Assembly: GCA_040285855.1 (NCBI GenBank)
Contig: JAUFOQ010000016.1
Location: 1,550,001 to 1,614,000 of the forward strand
Source: Eukaryota sp. GEM-RC1
Lineage: Eukaryota
Reading direction: 5' to 3'
Length of the DNA: 64,000 nt
The notes beneath the pieces are model-generated. The model saw nothing but the letters and a program-made list of their open reading frames with translations. It was not told where the DNA came from and ran no database searches. The translations under genes and the position numbers were made by a program. The stretch's first letter is position 1; every line of letters begins with the position of its first letter. Positions 1-12,200 of the stretch are shown here, one piece after another.

Positions 1-483
1 CGGGAGAGGAGTAGGAGATTTTGGTAGGTAAAAGAGAGACAGTGATTGCGGATATACTTCCTCCTTCTGTACCATATAGAATTAAAGTATCGTTAGCACA
101 AATGGAAGAGATTGTAGTGACCATGGGAGATCTAGAAAAGGTGGTGACTATCGAGAGAGATAAGGATTGTGTAGAGAGTAGAAGAAGCGCTTGCCCAGCA
201 TTTGATGAAATTAGTACCAAGATACCGTCGGGATTTGAGATTGTACACGTGTCTTGAACTGAAGTGACATCGCGAAGAAGTGGTATTTTAGCTAAGAGAG
301 AGTTGTCTTTAAGGGAAAAAACATAAACGTTATGTTTACAGAAAGCCCAAAAGCCGATTAAATGCAACAATAGAGCGTTCAGGTAATTCATGGAAAGGTT
401 TAGGTGAATAACATTGGGTGAGGGATGTTGACATCAGCTAATAGCTTCTTGTTGTCAAATAGTGATCGAAGGAGGAAGTTCAT
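1..483 (-). CDS. 5' part of an unknown protein gene running off the left edge; weak beta-propeller-like character
   Basis: My translation is open from about 430 to 1 (MNYLNALLLH...ISSICANDTLILYGTEGGSISAITV...). The upstream ATG at 483 (MNFLLRSLFDNKKLLADVNIP) joins it if one base is added in a C-run near 415-424. A TATA-like sequence (minus-strand CCTATATAC) lies at about 516-524. Confidence 0.5.
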
Positions 484-1157
484 TTTCAAAACTTGTCTAA
501 ATGTATGAGGTGCCGTGTATATAGGCCACCATTTCCTCTAATATACTCATCTACAATATGTGTAGAACACATTGGTTAATGTTCCTTCTCCCAAGACATC
601 TCCATTTTTTGTTAGTGAATAATCCACGTCTTAAAACCGTTGGCGTTTTTGCTCTTCGGTGAGGTCTAGGATTTTGAACACGAAGTTTCCATTTTCCAGT
701 ACACATTTTATGATCAAAAAACCATTGGTAGGTCGTAGGACCTACCTGATACTCTAGGTGATATCTGTTTATAGATAACAATCCAACATAAAAGAATGTC
801 AACAATATCAATAAGAGAGATATCATATTTTCTGTGTCACCTCATATTCATGTGACAATTCACAGAGATGGTTTAACATTTAATCATAATAACTAAACAA
901 TGTTTTAAAAGGGCAAATGATATCCTTCATCAGATTCTTGATCAGTTGACATCATATCTTTGAGAATATCGTACAATCAAAGCGGAAGCCTTGTCTCTAT
1001 ATCACAATTATGTTCGCAGATGAAGCTGTACATGAATAGCTGTTGATGTTAGACAATGGTATTGTTGAGATTGTATGGTACGACTATTTTAATACAACTG
1101 TGTAGAGTATTACTCCATGTATCATAAACACAATGTAGGATAGAAGAGAATGTGAGA

Positions 1158-1200
1158 TGGTGTATTTACTGTATGTGGTGTATTTACGTGGTGTATTTAC
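1158..1200. repeat. Three copies of TGGTGTATTTAC
   Basis: Copies at 1158-1169, 1176-1187 and 1189-1200, immediately before a CAGGG possible transposon end at 1203. Confidence 0.85.
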
Positions 1201-1463
1201 ATCAGGGCTGTGAAAAAATATAAACATTTAAATAACGGCAATAAATTAATGCAAAAATAATTTATTTTTCTCAGGTAACATACGGCAATCATTTACTGCT
1301 GATCTAGAAATTATTTATATTATTGGTACTAATCTGTGTGTATTTTGTTTTAACCATTGGTTAAATTACTGATTTACCATAAGTATAGATGCCGCAACTT
1401 TATTAGTGGATAAAATCAAGTTAACAGCAAAATCACCGGATCAGATTCATCTCCTCCTCTTCA

Positions 1464-1676
1464 TGAATAAAAGAAGTTGCCTTGTTTTACTTCCGGAAAA
1501 CTGAACAACAACCTTCTGATCTTCCTGAGGATAAAGTCTCTTACACTTGTCAGAGATGCCCCAATTTAAGTGTGTCTATTCTTAAGAACAAAGGATATGC
1601 TAACTTAATGTCCCACATCAATAAACACCACAAAAACTATGTCTCTGAGATGGCTGCTGTAAACAGTATATTATAA
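1464..1676 (+). pseudogene. BED-type zinc finger, probably the N-terminal remnant of a hAT-like transposase
   Basis: FYF...YTCQRC...GYANLMSHINKHH has BED-finger C-x2-C and H-x4-H spacing. The upstream ATG is out of frame by one extra A, and no catalytic domain follows. Possible ends are CAGGG at 1203 and CCCCTA at 2331-2336, with a poor TIR/TSD match. Confidence 0.55.
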
Positions 1677-1698
1677 TGTATAATATAGAATATTATTA

Positions 1699-2191
1699 GA
1701 GAACTATTACGCATGTCCCCTCCCAATTTTAGGCATGTCCCATAATTTCTTTTTGCACCTTAACTTTCATTGATCTCTTACAAAGATGCTCATATGGAAT
1801 AAAATTGTCGTTTAGGGACCGTACTGCTCTCGATGTCAAAGCAGAGATCATGGGAGACACGAAGCAGAGAAGCAGTCACAAACCGACAGTCTTTGGCCTT
1901 GTTGAAGAAGATCACTGGTTCTGGAAGATATCACTCACTTCTGTCACAAACGACATGACAAGAAGTATCAGGTCTGCGAGTCTTGATCACTGAGGGTCAG
2001 ATAAGAGATATCAGATATCCATTTCTGACATTCATTGACGACATTCTCAAAAGCAATTGTGCGTTCAGACATACATTGTGGTTCAAAGAACAGAAGGTAC
2101 ACGTAAAACTCTTGGACTTTATGACAAACAAGAAAAGAATGAAATTAGGGGACATGCCTAAAATTGGGAGGGGACATGCGTAATAGTTCTC
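1699..2191. mobile_element. Non-autonomous DNA transposon (MITE), 493 bp, about 51-bp TIRs, 8-bp TSD
   Basis: TIR GAGAACTATTACGCATGTCCCCTCCCAATTTTAGGCATGTCCC... at 1699-1749 and inverted at 2141-2191, with one mismatch. TATTATTA flanks both sides (1691-1698, 2192-2199). Confidence 0.92.
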
Positions 2192-2630
2192 TATTATTAT
2201 TAATTTAATATTCTGTTCTCAAAATTAGTTCTACATTTGTTGTTGAATTTAGGTGTTTATCGGTACATCCTTTTTCAGTTTTAATTCAGTTATAAATACC
2301 GTGAACATGGTCAGGTAAATTTTACCCGTCCCCCTACTTTAATTGTATCTGTTAGTGAAGATAGCGATACCTAGTAGATATCTTCACATCTGATGACATG
2401 TCACTTAGACTTAAGGATTTCTCTGTTAACAATAAACTGTTCTTTCTTCTTTCTTATCAACGTTGACCTTACGGCAACATATCTAAATTTTAACTCAGAA
2501 ACAATCCGTGTCATGACCACAGCGTGGTCAGCAATTTTCATTTTCAACATTGTCTTTTATACAAGATCGATCAATCACTATTTAAAGTGTGAAAACGTTG
2601 TGGTTCATCATCATAAGAATCACTCTTTCA

Positions 2631-2792
2631 TTTAATGACAACACATCCAACACAATTACCTATAAAGAGGGTGACATGTATGCTTCTATACAAATTCTGC
2701 GACATACTGTACAACTTTATGAAACACAGAGTAGATGACCACTGGTAAGAATGAGAAGTGATAAGAAACATCTCACGGAGACTACGAGTTAA
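2631..2792 (+). pseudogene. Possible MuDR/MULE transposase N-terminal domain remnant
   Basis: Translation ITYKEGDMYASIQILRHTVQLYETQSR*PLVRMRSDKKHL resembles the MuDR N-terminal pattern (G.F.S...LR.AV..Y.....R......SDK.R). It contains an internal TGA. Confidence 0.45.
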
Positions 2793-3282
2793 ACCACTGA
2801 AAGTAAGAAAACGATTGTTGAAAGAGGCTAAACAACCTGACGCGACACAAAAAGATTCCTGAGATGCCAATGACTTGTGGTTAACATCTGATGATGTGGA
2901 GGCGTCGTTTTCTGTCTCCGATGAGAGTTAAGATACTGATTAGTGTCCAGAAGACGTCGTTCTCTCTTCAGATGACATCAATGATATTGATATGTAGATA
3001 CTGACATGTAGATGAGCAATAATAAAAAGTCTTCATTGATACTTTATTCATTTGCAGATCATACAAAAGAATGCCATTAAGGTCAAGTAGAACACCAGAG
3101 AACAAGTTAAAGCGAAGAAACAGAAAGTGATATTTGTGAAGTGCAGTGTTAGACAATGCAGTGTTTCAATGTTGTGAGAAGTTTAAGTCTTCCTAGACGA
3201 GGAAATTACACGTGGATTTTGACTTTGTTTGACTGGAACCAAATACCATTATTTCCGTTCTACATAGATTACTGTTTTAACT

Positions 3283-6200
3283 ATGAACAATAAGAACCTG
3301 CTTCTGCTACTTCTTTCTGTGCTACTGTGTGCTTATGCTAAAGAGACTCGTTTTGAATCGGGAATAGGATGTGATGGTGACTGGACTACTGCCTCCTGTT
3401 GGAGCGATGGCATCCCCGTTGCAGGTGATGATTTGATCTTTGCATCATGTGTAGATGTAGAATCTGTCATTGTTCCCCGTCATCTGCCCAATTTCCGATC
3501 AGTTACTCTCAACTCTCCGACGGATTGTCTCTTCACTCTGCAATTCGCCCCCGGTGCGTCGTTGAGACTCTCTCACCTCTCTCTTTACTCTGGCATGATC
3601 TCCGGATCAGGCTTTATCCAATGCTCTGAAACCGTCCTCTTCTCTTCCGATAGACCGAAGACTCTCCACTCCCAAATCATGAGCGCCGGGTTAATGACTG
3701 TCGAAGATGGTCCTATGACCTTAAAGCTTCGTCATCAAGGAGTACTTAGTAACACTGGTGTAACTAACGTCCTGACCCCGATGATCATTACCTACGATGA
3801 AGGCCACTCCCTAAGCGATGATGTACAGCCTTCCCTTACCAATGCCAAGATACTGGATCTTAAAGCTGACTACCTCCGAATCGATGTTCCTTTCGTTAAC
3901 ATGGATGAGCTACATGTCTCGTCTGGAACTGCTGAGATTAACAATCCTGAGGAGCTTATGGGAAATTACTTCATCAATGGAACACTCGTTCTGAACGCTG
4001 ACTGTGTCTTTAGGCGCGGATCAAGTATTGATGGCCAGGGAGTTATTGATATCTCTGCTGGTGTTACTATCGAACTCAATGGCCTCTTTAGATTCTCTGG
4101 TAATGTTCTGACTAGAACTTCTGCAAGGGTGTTCTTCACAGATTCTTCTGTTATCTCTAACTATCATTCAACATTAGCCGAAGCTGATTCAGTAGTTGAG
4201 TTCTTGTCTGGTTGTAAGCTTCAAGTCTTGAACTTTGGTCTCAACATCAAGAATGGTACTTATTTAGTTAACCAGGGGTCTTCCTGGGAACCTTTTGGTC
4301 GTTTCGAAGTATATCTGGATCTTTCTGGTGATGCTTCGTTTTCCTTTGCTGAAAGTGTTGGTACTGTTGTTCTCACCTATGTTTCTGTTGTAGAAAATGC
4401 AAAACTACACTTTGGTTCCGGTCGCGCAGTCTCCATTGATCATCTTACTTTAGGAAATGGACAGTTGTGTGACTTACAGCCTCTTATTAGTGGTGGGGAC
4501 GAACTACGAGTTGGTCTCAAGTTCTTTTGGTATAATGGACTACTTGAAAATCCATTAACTTTGGTCAACAACCGAAACAATGAGAATCCTCCTGCTGAAA
4601 TCCATGTTCTCCCTGAGTCTGTCCTCTACAAAGATCCTTACATCAATTATTTTGGTCGTCTTGTCTATCAAGTTTGTGCTGCTGTACTAGGACCCGATGT
4701 TCAACTTCGTGTCCCAGGTAAAGCTTTCTTCAATGGAACCCTCAATATCCACTCTAACATCATTGTTGATGGTAATTCTTGGTTTGCTGCTCCAGATGCT
4801 ATTCATTTTCTAAAAGACGGGGTTAGTGTTGATCTTTCAGCCACTTCTGAATCTTATGTTACTCTTGATTCTTCTCTTTCAGTTCGCCCTCGTCCCAGTC
4901 ATCATCACAATCAAATCAAAGGATCAATCACTTTCCGAGGAAACTTGACCCTCACAAATAGTGTGTTTGATATTCATGAGTTTGTTGATTCATTCTATTA
5001 TAGCAACTCAAATTACACGTTAGAATCAGCTTCCACCTTTTTAATCCAAAGTCCGAGTCCTCAAATCAATGGTACTTTCAATGCCTCAGATGGGTCTGTT
5101 GTTACAACTGCTAGCAATTCTATCTTGTTTGTTCCAGGATCAATATTCCAAGGAAAAGGTCGATTGATTCCAGGAACTTCTGGTAATATTACTTTTACTG
5201 GTATTTATCGTGGAAATTCTACTCTAATCAAACCTCAAGGATCCATGATCTTTCGTGATGCATTTATCTCCACCTTGGAAGCCATTGATGGAGTAGCTGG
5301 TCACTTCAATTTCATTAATTGTACTTTCGAATCATCCACTCAACTTTCTCTGAAATCAATTGTTTTTTCTTCTGTAGGTTCCATTTTCTCCCTGTTTCAG
5401 CCCAGTTTCCACGTTGATAATTTTTTTATTGAATCTAGTTCTGTTTGGTTTAATTCAACTGGTGCAACTCTTTCAATGACTGAAGCCTCTGTCTTTGGGG
5501 ATTTGACCATCTCCAATATTTTTAACATGATTCAAATAGACAGCCTCATTGGAAGAAATAACTCTTTGATCACAATTCCTTCTCATAAAGGACAATTCGC
5601 CTTACCACTTGTCAGGTTAATTGATACAGCTATCCTGCACATTGCTGATGCAGCCCAAGGTGTGACATTTCCAAATGTCGTTGTTAATACCAATGCTTCC
5701 CTGCATTTTCAGTCGTGTAATTCTCTTCACTTTAACCTTTTACAAATGTACTCTCGTTCTGAATTGTTCAGTTCTTCTCTAAATTCGTTTACTTTTGACG
5801 ATGTTGTTGTGTTCAACAATGCAGTTATGCAACTTGAACAAATCAATGTCTCATTTTCCGGTCAAAACATTGCATTCTTCAATCAATCTAAGTTAGAGTT
5901 GAGTAGTGTGTCCAGTTTTGATGTTGTCAATATCATCAACCATGCATCAATGTCCTTGAACTTTGTAGAAACTGTATCAGTAACTACATATCTCCAAGAA
6001 CAATGTAATTCAATACTTGAATTACATACAGGCCAGTCATTTTCTTCTACTACATTCACTGTGACTTCTGGATCTGTTCTGTTCAATAATGTTGACTCCA
6101 ACGTGATCGCGACATTGAACCTAGACTCTATTGATACCTGCTCTACCACTCTAGTGCACGATTCCTTTAAGACTCTTTCAGTGTCGAGTACTTTTTCTCT

Positions 6201-9200
6201 ATCTCAGCGTGCCGAATGGATAATATCCAAAGGAACTGAATCACTGTCTTTACCAGCAGTTGATATAACTGGACAGTTATCAATCTTTCAACTGGCTTTT
6301 CCCATTTCTCTGCCATCAGTTATTCTCTCCAAAAGTGCTATGTTCCGCTTGAATTCTGGACAAACTGTTACTGTTCAATCATTTTTCAGAATGTACGAGC
6401 AGTCGACCAGACTAGGAACTGATTTATGTGTTATAAAAGGTAATTCTATCTTTGAAGGGGGCGTTTTTGTTGAGTCTGGTACTTCTAGATTTGATGCCAA
6501 TCTTCAAGTGGGTACTAACAATTTCAAACTGTTAAGCAATTCCACTACTGTAGCTGTTGATTCTCTTACTACGATCAGTGCTGATGTTGACTATCTTGTC
6601 TTTGAACACGATGCTTCCTTATTGTTGATGTCTTCCGCTAATGTTAATGTACTTGGCTCCACAGTCTTTTCTCAACTTCCCACAAGTGATCCATCATCAA
6701 TTGTATCTCAGGCTGGAAGTAAAATTGAATTCAAGGGAATGTCCTCACTAGAAGTCTTTTGGAGTGGTTCCATTTCTGCTACTGTTCAGAACAATGGTCT
6801 AACTTTGTTAGGAGGTTCTGACTTCCAAGCTGCCGTTTTCGATATCAAAAACAGTTTCCTTTCTTTTGATGGTCACTGTTATAATGCATCAATGTATCTA
6901 GATTGTTCTGATCCAGTTGAGTTTGCTTTTGCCGCTGCATCTGTATGGAAGTCGTCTCCGTCTGTGTTGAGGGTTTCCGAATCAGCAAGGATAGTCTACT
7001 CTGGAGATTATGACTTAGAACAGTCTTTTGTTCATTCCAATGGTGAAGCTCATTTCCTTAACAGTGGCAACTTCGATGTAGTCTCTATTACTAACACTAA
7101 TGGAACTTTGATTGTAGAGAACTCTGCCAACTCTCATGGTCAGAATCAATGGTCTTTTCTTTCCGTTTTTGATGGACATGTTCATATTGATGACCTTTCA
7201 AACTTGATAATTGATGACCTCATTCTCTCTGGAGGAGAGACTATATTCGAACGTAGCAGATCTACTTCCGACCAACTCCTTCTTCCACAAGTTACCCTGA
7301 CTGGAGCTTCATATGTGTCGTTCATCGATTGTTCTGGTGTCATTGAAGTTCTTGACTTACTCAATGGTACAGTCAGTTCTCAACTTACTCCTTTAACGTT
7401 ATTACATGATATTATTGTAGATAGTGGAATCTTTTCAACAACCCAAACCTCCATTTTAATTGATGCATCTGCTAAATTGTCATTTATCAATAATGGAACT
7501 AAGAAACTGCTTTCGAATTCTCGATTAGAACTACTCGGTTCTTTAGTTCTCGACTCATCTGGCCCTTTTATCGGCTTTTCTGGTGCAGAGTTCATTGTTG
7601 ACGATCAAGCTAATGTTTCCTTCAGTCAACCATCTGTTTGGGGTGCCAATGATACATCCAACCGTCCTCTTTTTGAAATGCTTTCTGAAACATCTATGTT
7701 ACTTGTAAATTATGATTTTGATATCTCTTGGCAGATTTCTCTTCGTTCAGATGTTTTTGTAACTGACAATTCTGCCTTCAGGATCGCCGGTGGTGGTACT
7801 TTTGACTCTGTCATCTCTCTTTGTGCCAATTGTTCCATTGAAATGGCTAATGGCGTTTTTAATTTCCCATCGCAATCTATACTTCAAGGAATTGAAGGCA
7901 ACATAGATGCTCGCTATTTCATTGCTGATGGATCCACTGTGTTGTTCGAAGGAATCTTCTTGTTAGATCCTGATATCATCTTGGGTTCTGGACATCTTCA
8001 TTTCATGCATGGGTCAGTGTTTGAGGTCACTTCAGTGATTGTCCCTGAAGGAGGTGCTCTTTCCTTTTCTGAGTGTCCTATTTCCGGTTCTTTTGTGCTC
8101 TCTCATTTAATTATCGAAGGTGATGTTGTCTTTTCACATCTTCCGTGTAATATTACTATACTTGCTCTATCAATTAATGGCGGCTCCTTAGTTTTTGAGG
8201 ATCTGTCTGGAAACCTTGACATTCTTGGAATGGATCTCCAAGGAGGAAGTCTTGTCTTTAATGAACTTGTACGACCTCTCTTTTTAGACTTTTTAACAGT
8301 TAATGGTTCCACAGTCGTGTTCAACTCTAACTTCGACGTTACTATTGGTAATCTTACAATTAATGGCGCCAGTACTCTTAGTGGTGAAGACCATGTCTAC
8401 GTTACAGAGAATCTTTTGTTTTATGGAGGTAATCTTGATAACATTCATATCACAGTTAATGAGCACACTCTTACTGATATCGGTACTCAATTCCCTAAGT
8501 TCTTGCAATATTCTACTCTTGTTATTCACAGTGAGTCGCATGTTTTTGATTGCTACATTAATTTCGGCTCTTACTCATATCTCAATTTTACCCATAATTC
8601 CAATGTTCAATTCTCAGATTATGTTGAATTTTCTCATTATAATGATACATTAATTGCAAATAAGAATTCTCACCTAGGTTTGTTTGGTTCTGTCAGCTTT
8701 ATGCATGTAGATGCTCTATTTGATGTGTTTGTGTCCTGGCATGGACCATCAAATGCTAATACTTCTTCCATTTCACTTACCAATGGATGTGATTTCCATT
8801 CCACTTTAGAGTTTGATGGTCAAAGCCAATTTTCTCTTCTTGATAAGGGCACGTTTTACTTTGATGCTGCTGCCAAATTAATTGGGCCTGATACTATGTT
8901 TGTTGTTTCTTCCAGTCTTTATTCACATGATGAGTTTTACCCGATTGTTCATTTTCATGGATTCTTTGAGCTAAACCAATTTGTCCAAATTGATTTCGGA
9001 AGAGTTTATATGGAACCTTCTGCTGATTTCACCATTACTTCATTGTCTGTGAGTCATCCTGGTTTTGCCAATTTCTCACAAAATAAAGGAGAGCTGTGGA
9101 CTCTCTATAACCTCGAAGTTACTGGCGAACTACAAGTCTTAGGTCTTGAACGTGATATTGTGTTTGGAAATTTCTCCATTCACGGACCTAATTCATATGT

Positions 9201-12200
9201 ATTATTCAATGACATATCTTCAGTTTCCACCTTCAATGAAACCATCTTTCTTTCTCAGGGTACTTTGGAAATTGTCAAGTTTCTCAGTGTCTTTCTACCT
9301 GGGCTTGACATTAGCAATCGTGCACACTTCATTTCAGAATCAAACACTCTATTTGTGATTGATGTTTTCACCTCATCAGACTCTACTCTCGACTTGAAGA
9401 ACAATGTGCATCCTTTGTCACTATCATCACCTTTAATGTACTCCCATAATCCTGATTCCATCTTCATACGAGAGTTTTACTTACTAAATGATTCTCTTCT
9501 GACCACTACAACTAATGTTGATTTGTTAATCACCAATTTAACCCTCACCGATTCTAAAATTACTGGTATTGATCATGTTGATGTTGGCTCGTTTGTATGG
9601 GTTTCTGGCATTGTTGATCTATTTCTTACTACCGACTACGGTTATCTTATTTCTGTTAAAGACAAAGAAATGTTGGCTAATGCTAAGGTTGCTGTTCGTG
9701 TATTCGGTCATTGGCTTGATGGTACTTTGATTGGACAAACCCTTTCTTCCTTCGTTGTTGAAGACTCTGCTGTTTTCCATGTTTATGCGAAGCTACTACA
9801 TTTCCCTGCTTCTTCCAGTCTATCAACATTCCACAATGGCCCTACTTTTGTGATTGATGGGTCAGCTACTAAGTACTCTACTGATCTCCTTGTCAGTGAC
9901 TTTGAATTACATATTGGTAGTACTGGCCATTTACTGTTACAGGAAGGAGAGATTTACCTCAAAGCAGGTGGTTCCTCTTCTGGATTTCTTCAGACTATGA
10001 ACAACACAGTGCTTCGACTAGGACCTAATCGTAACCGCTTTGCGTATGCCTTTGCTTATAAGAAATTCCAGTTAGAACTCAGATCCAACACCATTATTGA
10101 AGGTGATTTTACATTGGAGAGATATTCAAAGGTCAATTTCTATGGACGATTCGAAAAGTATCAGAATAATTATCAATATGGTACTGTTTCTTTTGGTACT
10201 TCATCTGAACTAGTGTCCCAACATTGGGTTTGTACTAGATATTGTACAACTGTGTTTTCCGACTATAACCATGATTTAGAACTTCTGCTTTTGGAGATTT
10301 CATCTGGTGCTGCGATCTTTTTTAGAGATTTTGATTTCGATATCAATGTCAAGCAACTAGACATCCACTCTGGAGTTTCTTCATTCTCTTCAGATGTTAC
10401 TCCTTTTATTGAATCTGTTGACCTTTCATCAGGTATCATTGAGGGAACCGACACTGTGGTTGTTTTGGAGTCTTTTATTTGGAATAATGGTCGTTTAGGC
10501 AGCCTTCGGTATACAAATGAAGTTCTTACTTTGCAACTCAACGGAACAAGTAAGATGGAGACTGATCATCATAAGTTCCTTGGATTTAAATCCATTATTG
10601 ACAACAAAGGTCTTTTCTACATTGTTGACAAATCTCTGTTTTGGACTTATGCTGATTCTGCCATTCTCAACTACAACCTATTCCAACACGGTGATCTCTG
10701 TGATACTGTTGTCTGTGATCCATTGGATTCTTTTGTTTATGACATTATTGATGTGAATACTACCGCTATGGCAAATAGACCGGTCTTTTCCAATTATGGA
10801 ACATTCCGCAAACTTTATGGAACAGAACTGCTAACTAATATTTTGAGATTGTATCAGCAAAATTCAGGTACTTTCATTGTTGAATCTGACATTTTCCGTC
10901 AATTTTTGAGTCGATCTTTGCTTTATGGACAGTTCATTGTTTTCGATAATTCTGTAATTGATGTGCACAACTCTCATCTTACTGCATTCCAACCTTCTGT
11001 CTGGGATGGTTTGGGTGGTGTTCTTCGTACAAATCACTTAGGTATCGTTCTATTCCATGGTAAGTACAATCTGACACTTGATTTCGTTCATGATATAGGT
11101 AACTTTACTTTCACACCTCTAGCCAATATTGAATTGGACTCTGTAACTGTTCATGATGGAGTTCTTGTATTTGAAGAAGGTAAAGAACGAACTGAAAGAT
11201 TTGATCTCGACTCTCTCAAAGTTACAGGTGGTAATTTAGATATTCTTGATGTTCCTCAGCATTTGTGGTTGTATGATTATGAGCAAACTGGTGGTTCTAT
11301 TAAAATTCAAAATGTTTCAAACCATTTTACCATCGGTTCTATCATGATTACTGGAGGACAATCCGATATTAGTCACATTCTCTTGAATACTACGTTTCTT
11401 TATCGAGCTCAATATATTGGTGGTAAACTGGAGTTAACATATCTTTACCAGTGGTTGATTTTTCTGGAAGGACTGTACGTAGCTCCTGCTAATACTTTTA
11501 ATGTGAAACATGTCTTCAATAATGTCTGGACTCCTAAGGACTTCCATCTCCGTGGTACAGTCAGTCTGGTTGACCTTCGTAATCGAGTTTTGATTGACGA
11601 CATTTTGTTGATTGACCAGCATAACAACGCTGACATCGAGATCATTGATGTTGCTAACGTTTTCATTGTTTTGAATGGTACTGAAGTAAGATCAGGATCC
11701 TTGAAATTAACCAACTTAAATGATGACGTGTCTACCAAACATCTCAAGGTGTACAATGTCGCTGGATTCACCTCTCCTGTCGTTTTAATCACTAATATGG
11801 ACACCTTTACAGTTCAAGAAATCATCGAAATCTCTGGTACTGTTACTGTAGACGGATATGAATCTGTTGATGTACCTGTGTTCCGCTTTTTTGGAACGTC
11901 ACAAACTATTTTTAGAAATGGAAAACAGTATTTTACTATTTCAAACAACTATCGCGGTGACGGAGGGTTTTCCAATATCATCATTCTTCCTCTCTTTATC
12001 ACAGCCTCCTTAGAACCCCGTGGAGGAGATTACCTGTTTGATCGTATCAATTCTGATTATCTTGTTCCTTCCTTTTCGATTCAAGGCGGTTCTCACGTTC
12101 ATCTCCTTCACTTTGGATTTGATGTCCCTGTACTTCATGATATAGAAGTCCTTCATGGTTTCTTACGATTGAACACTTCAAAAACTGTCATGACTGACTA

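Noticed and set aside
21..257. Plus-strand 78-aa ORF
   Set aside because: It is antisense to a longer open minus-strand frame and has a non-ATG start.
1203..2336. A complete hAT element bounded by CAGGG and CCCCTA
   Set aside because: The ends match poorly and the flanks agree at only 5/8, so only the BED-finger remnant is reported.
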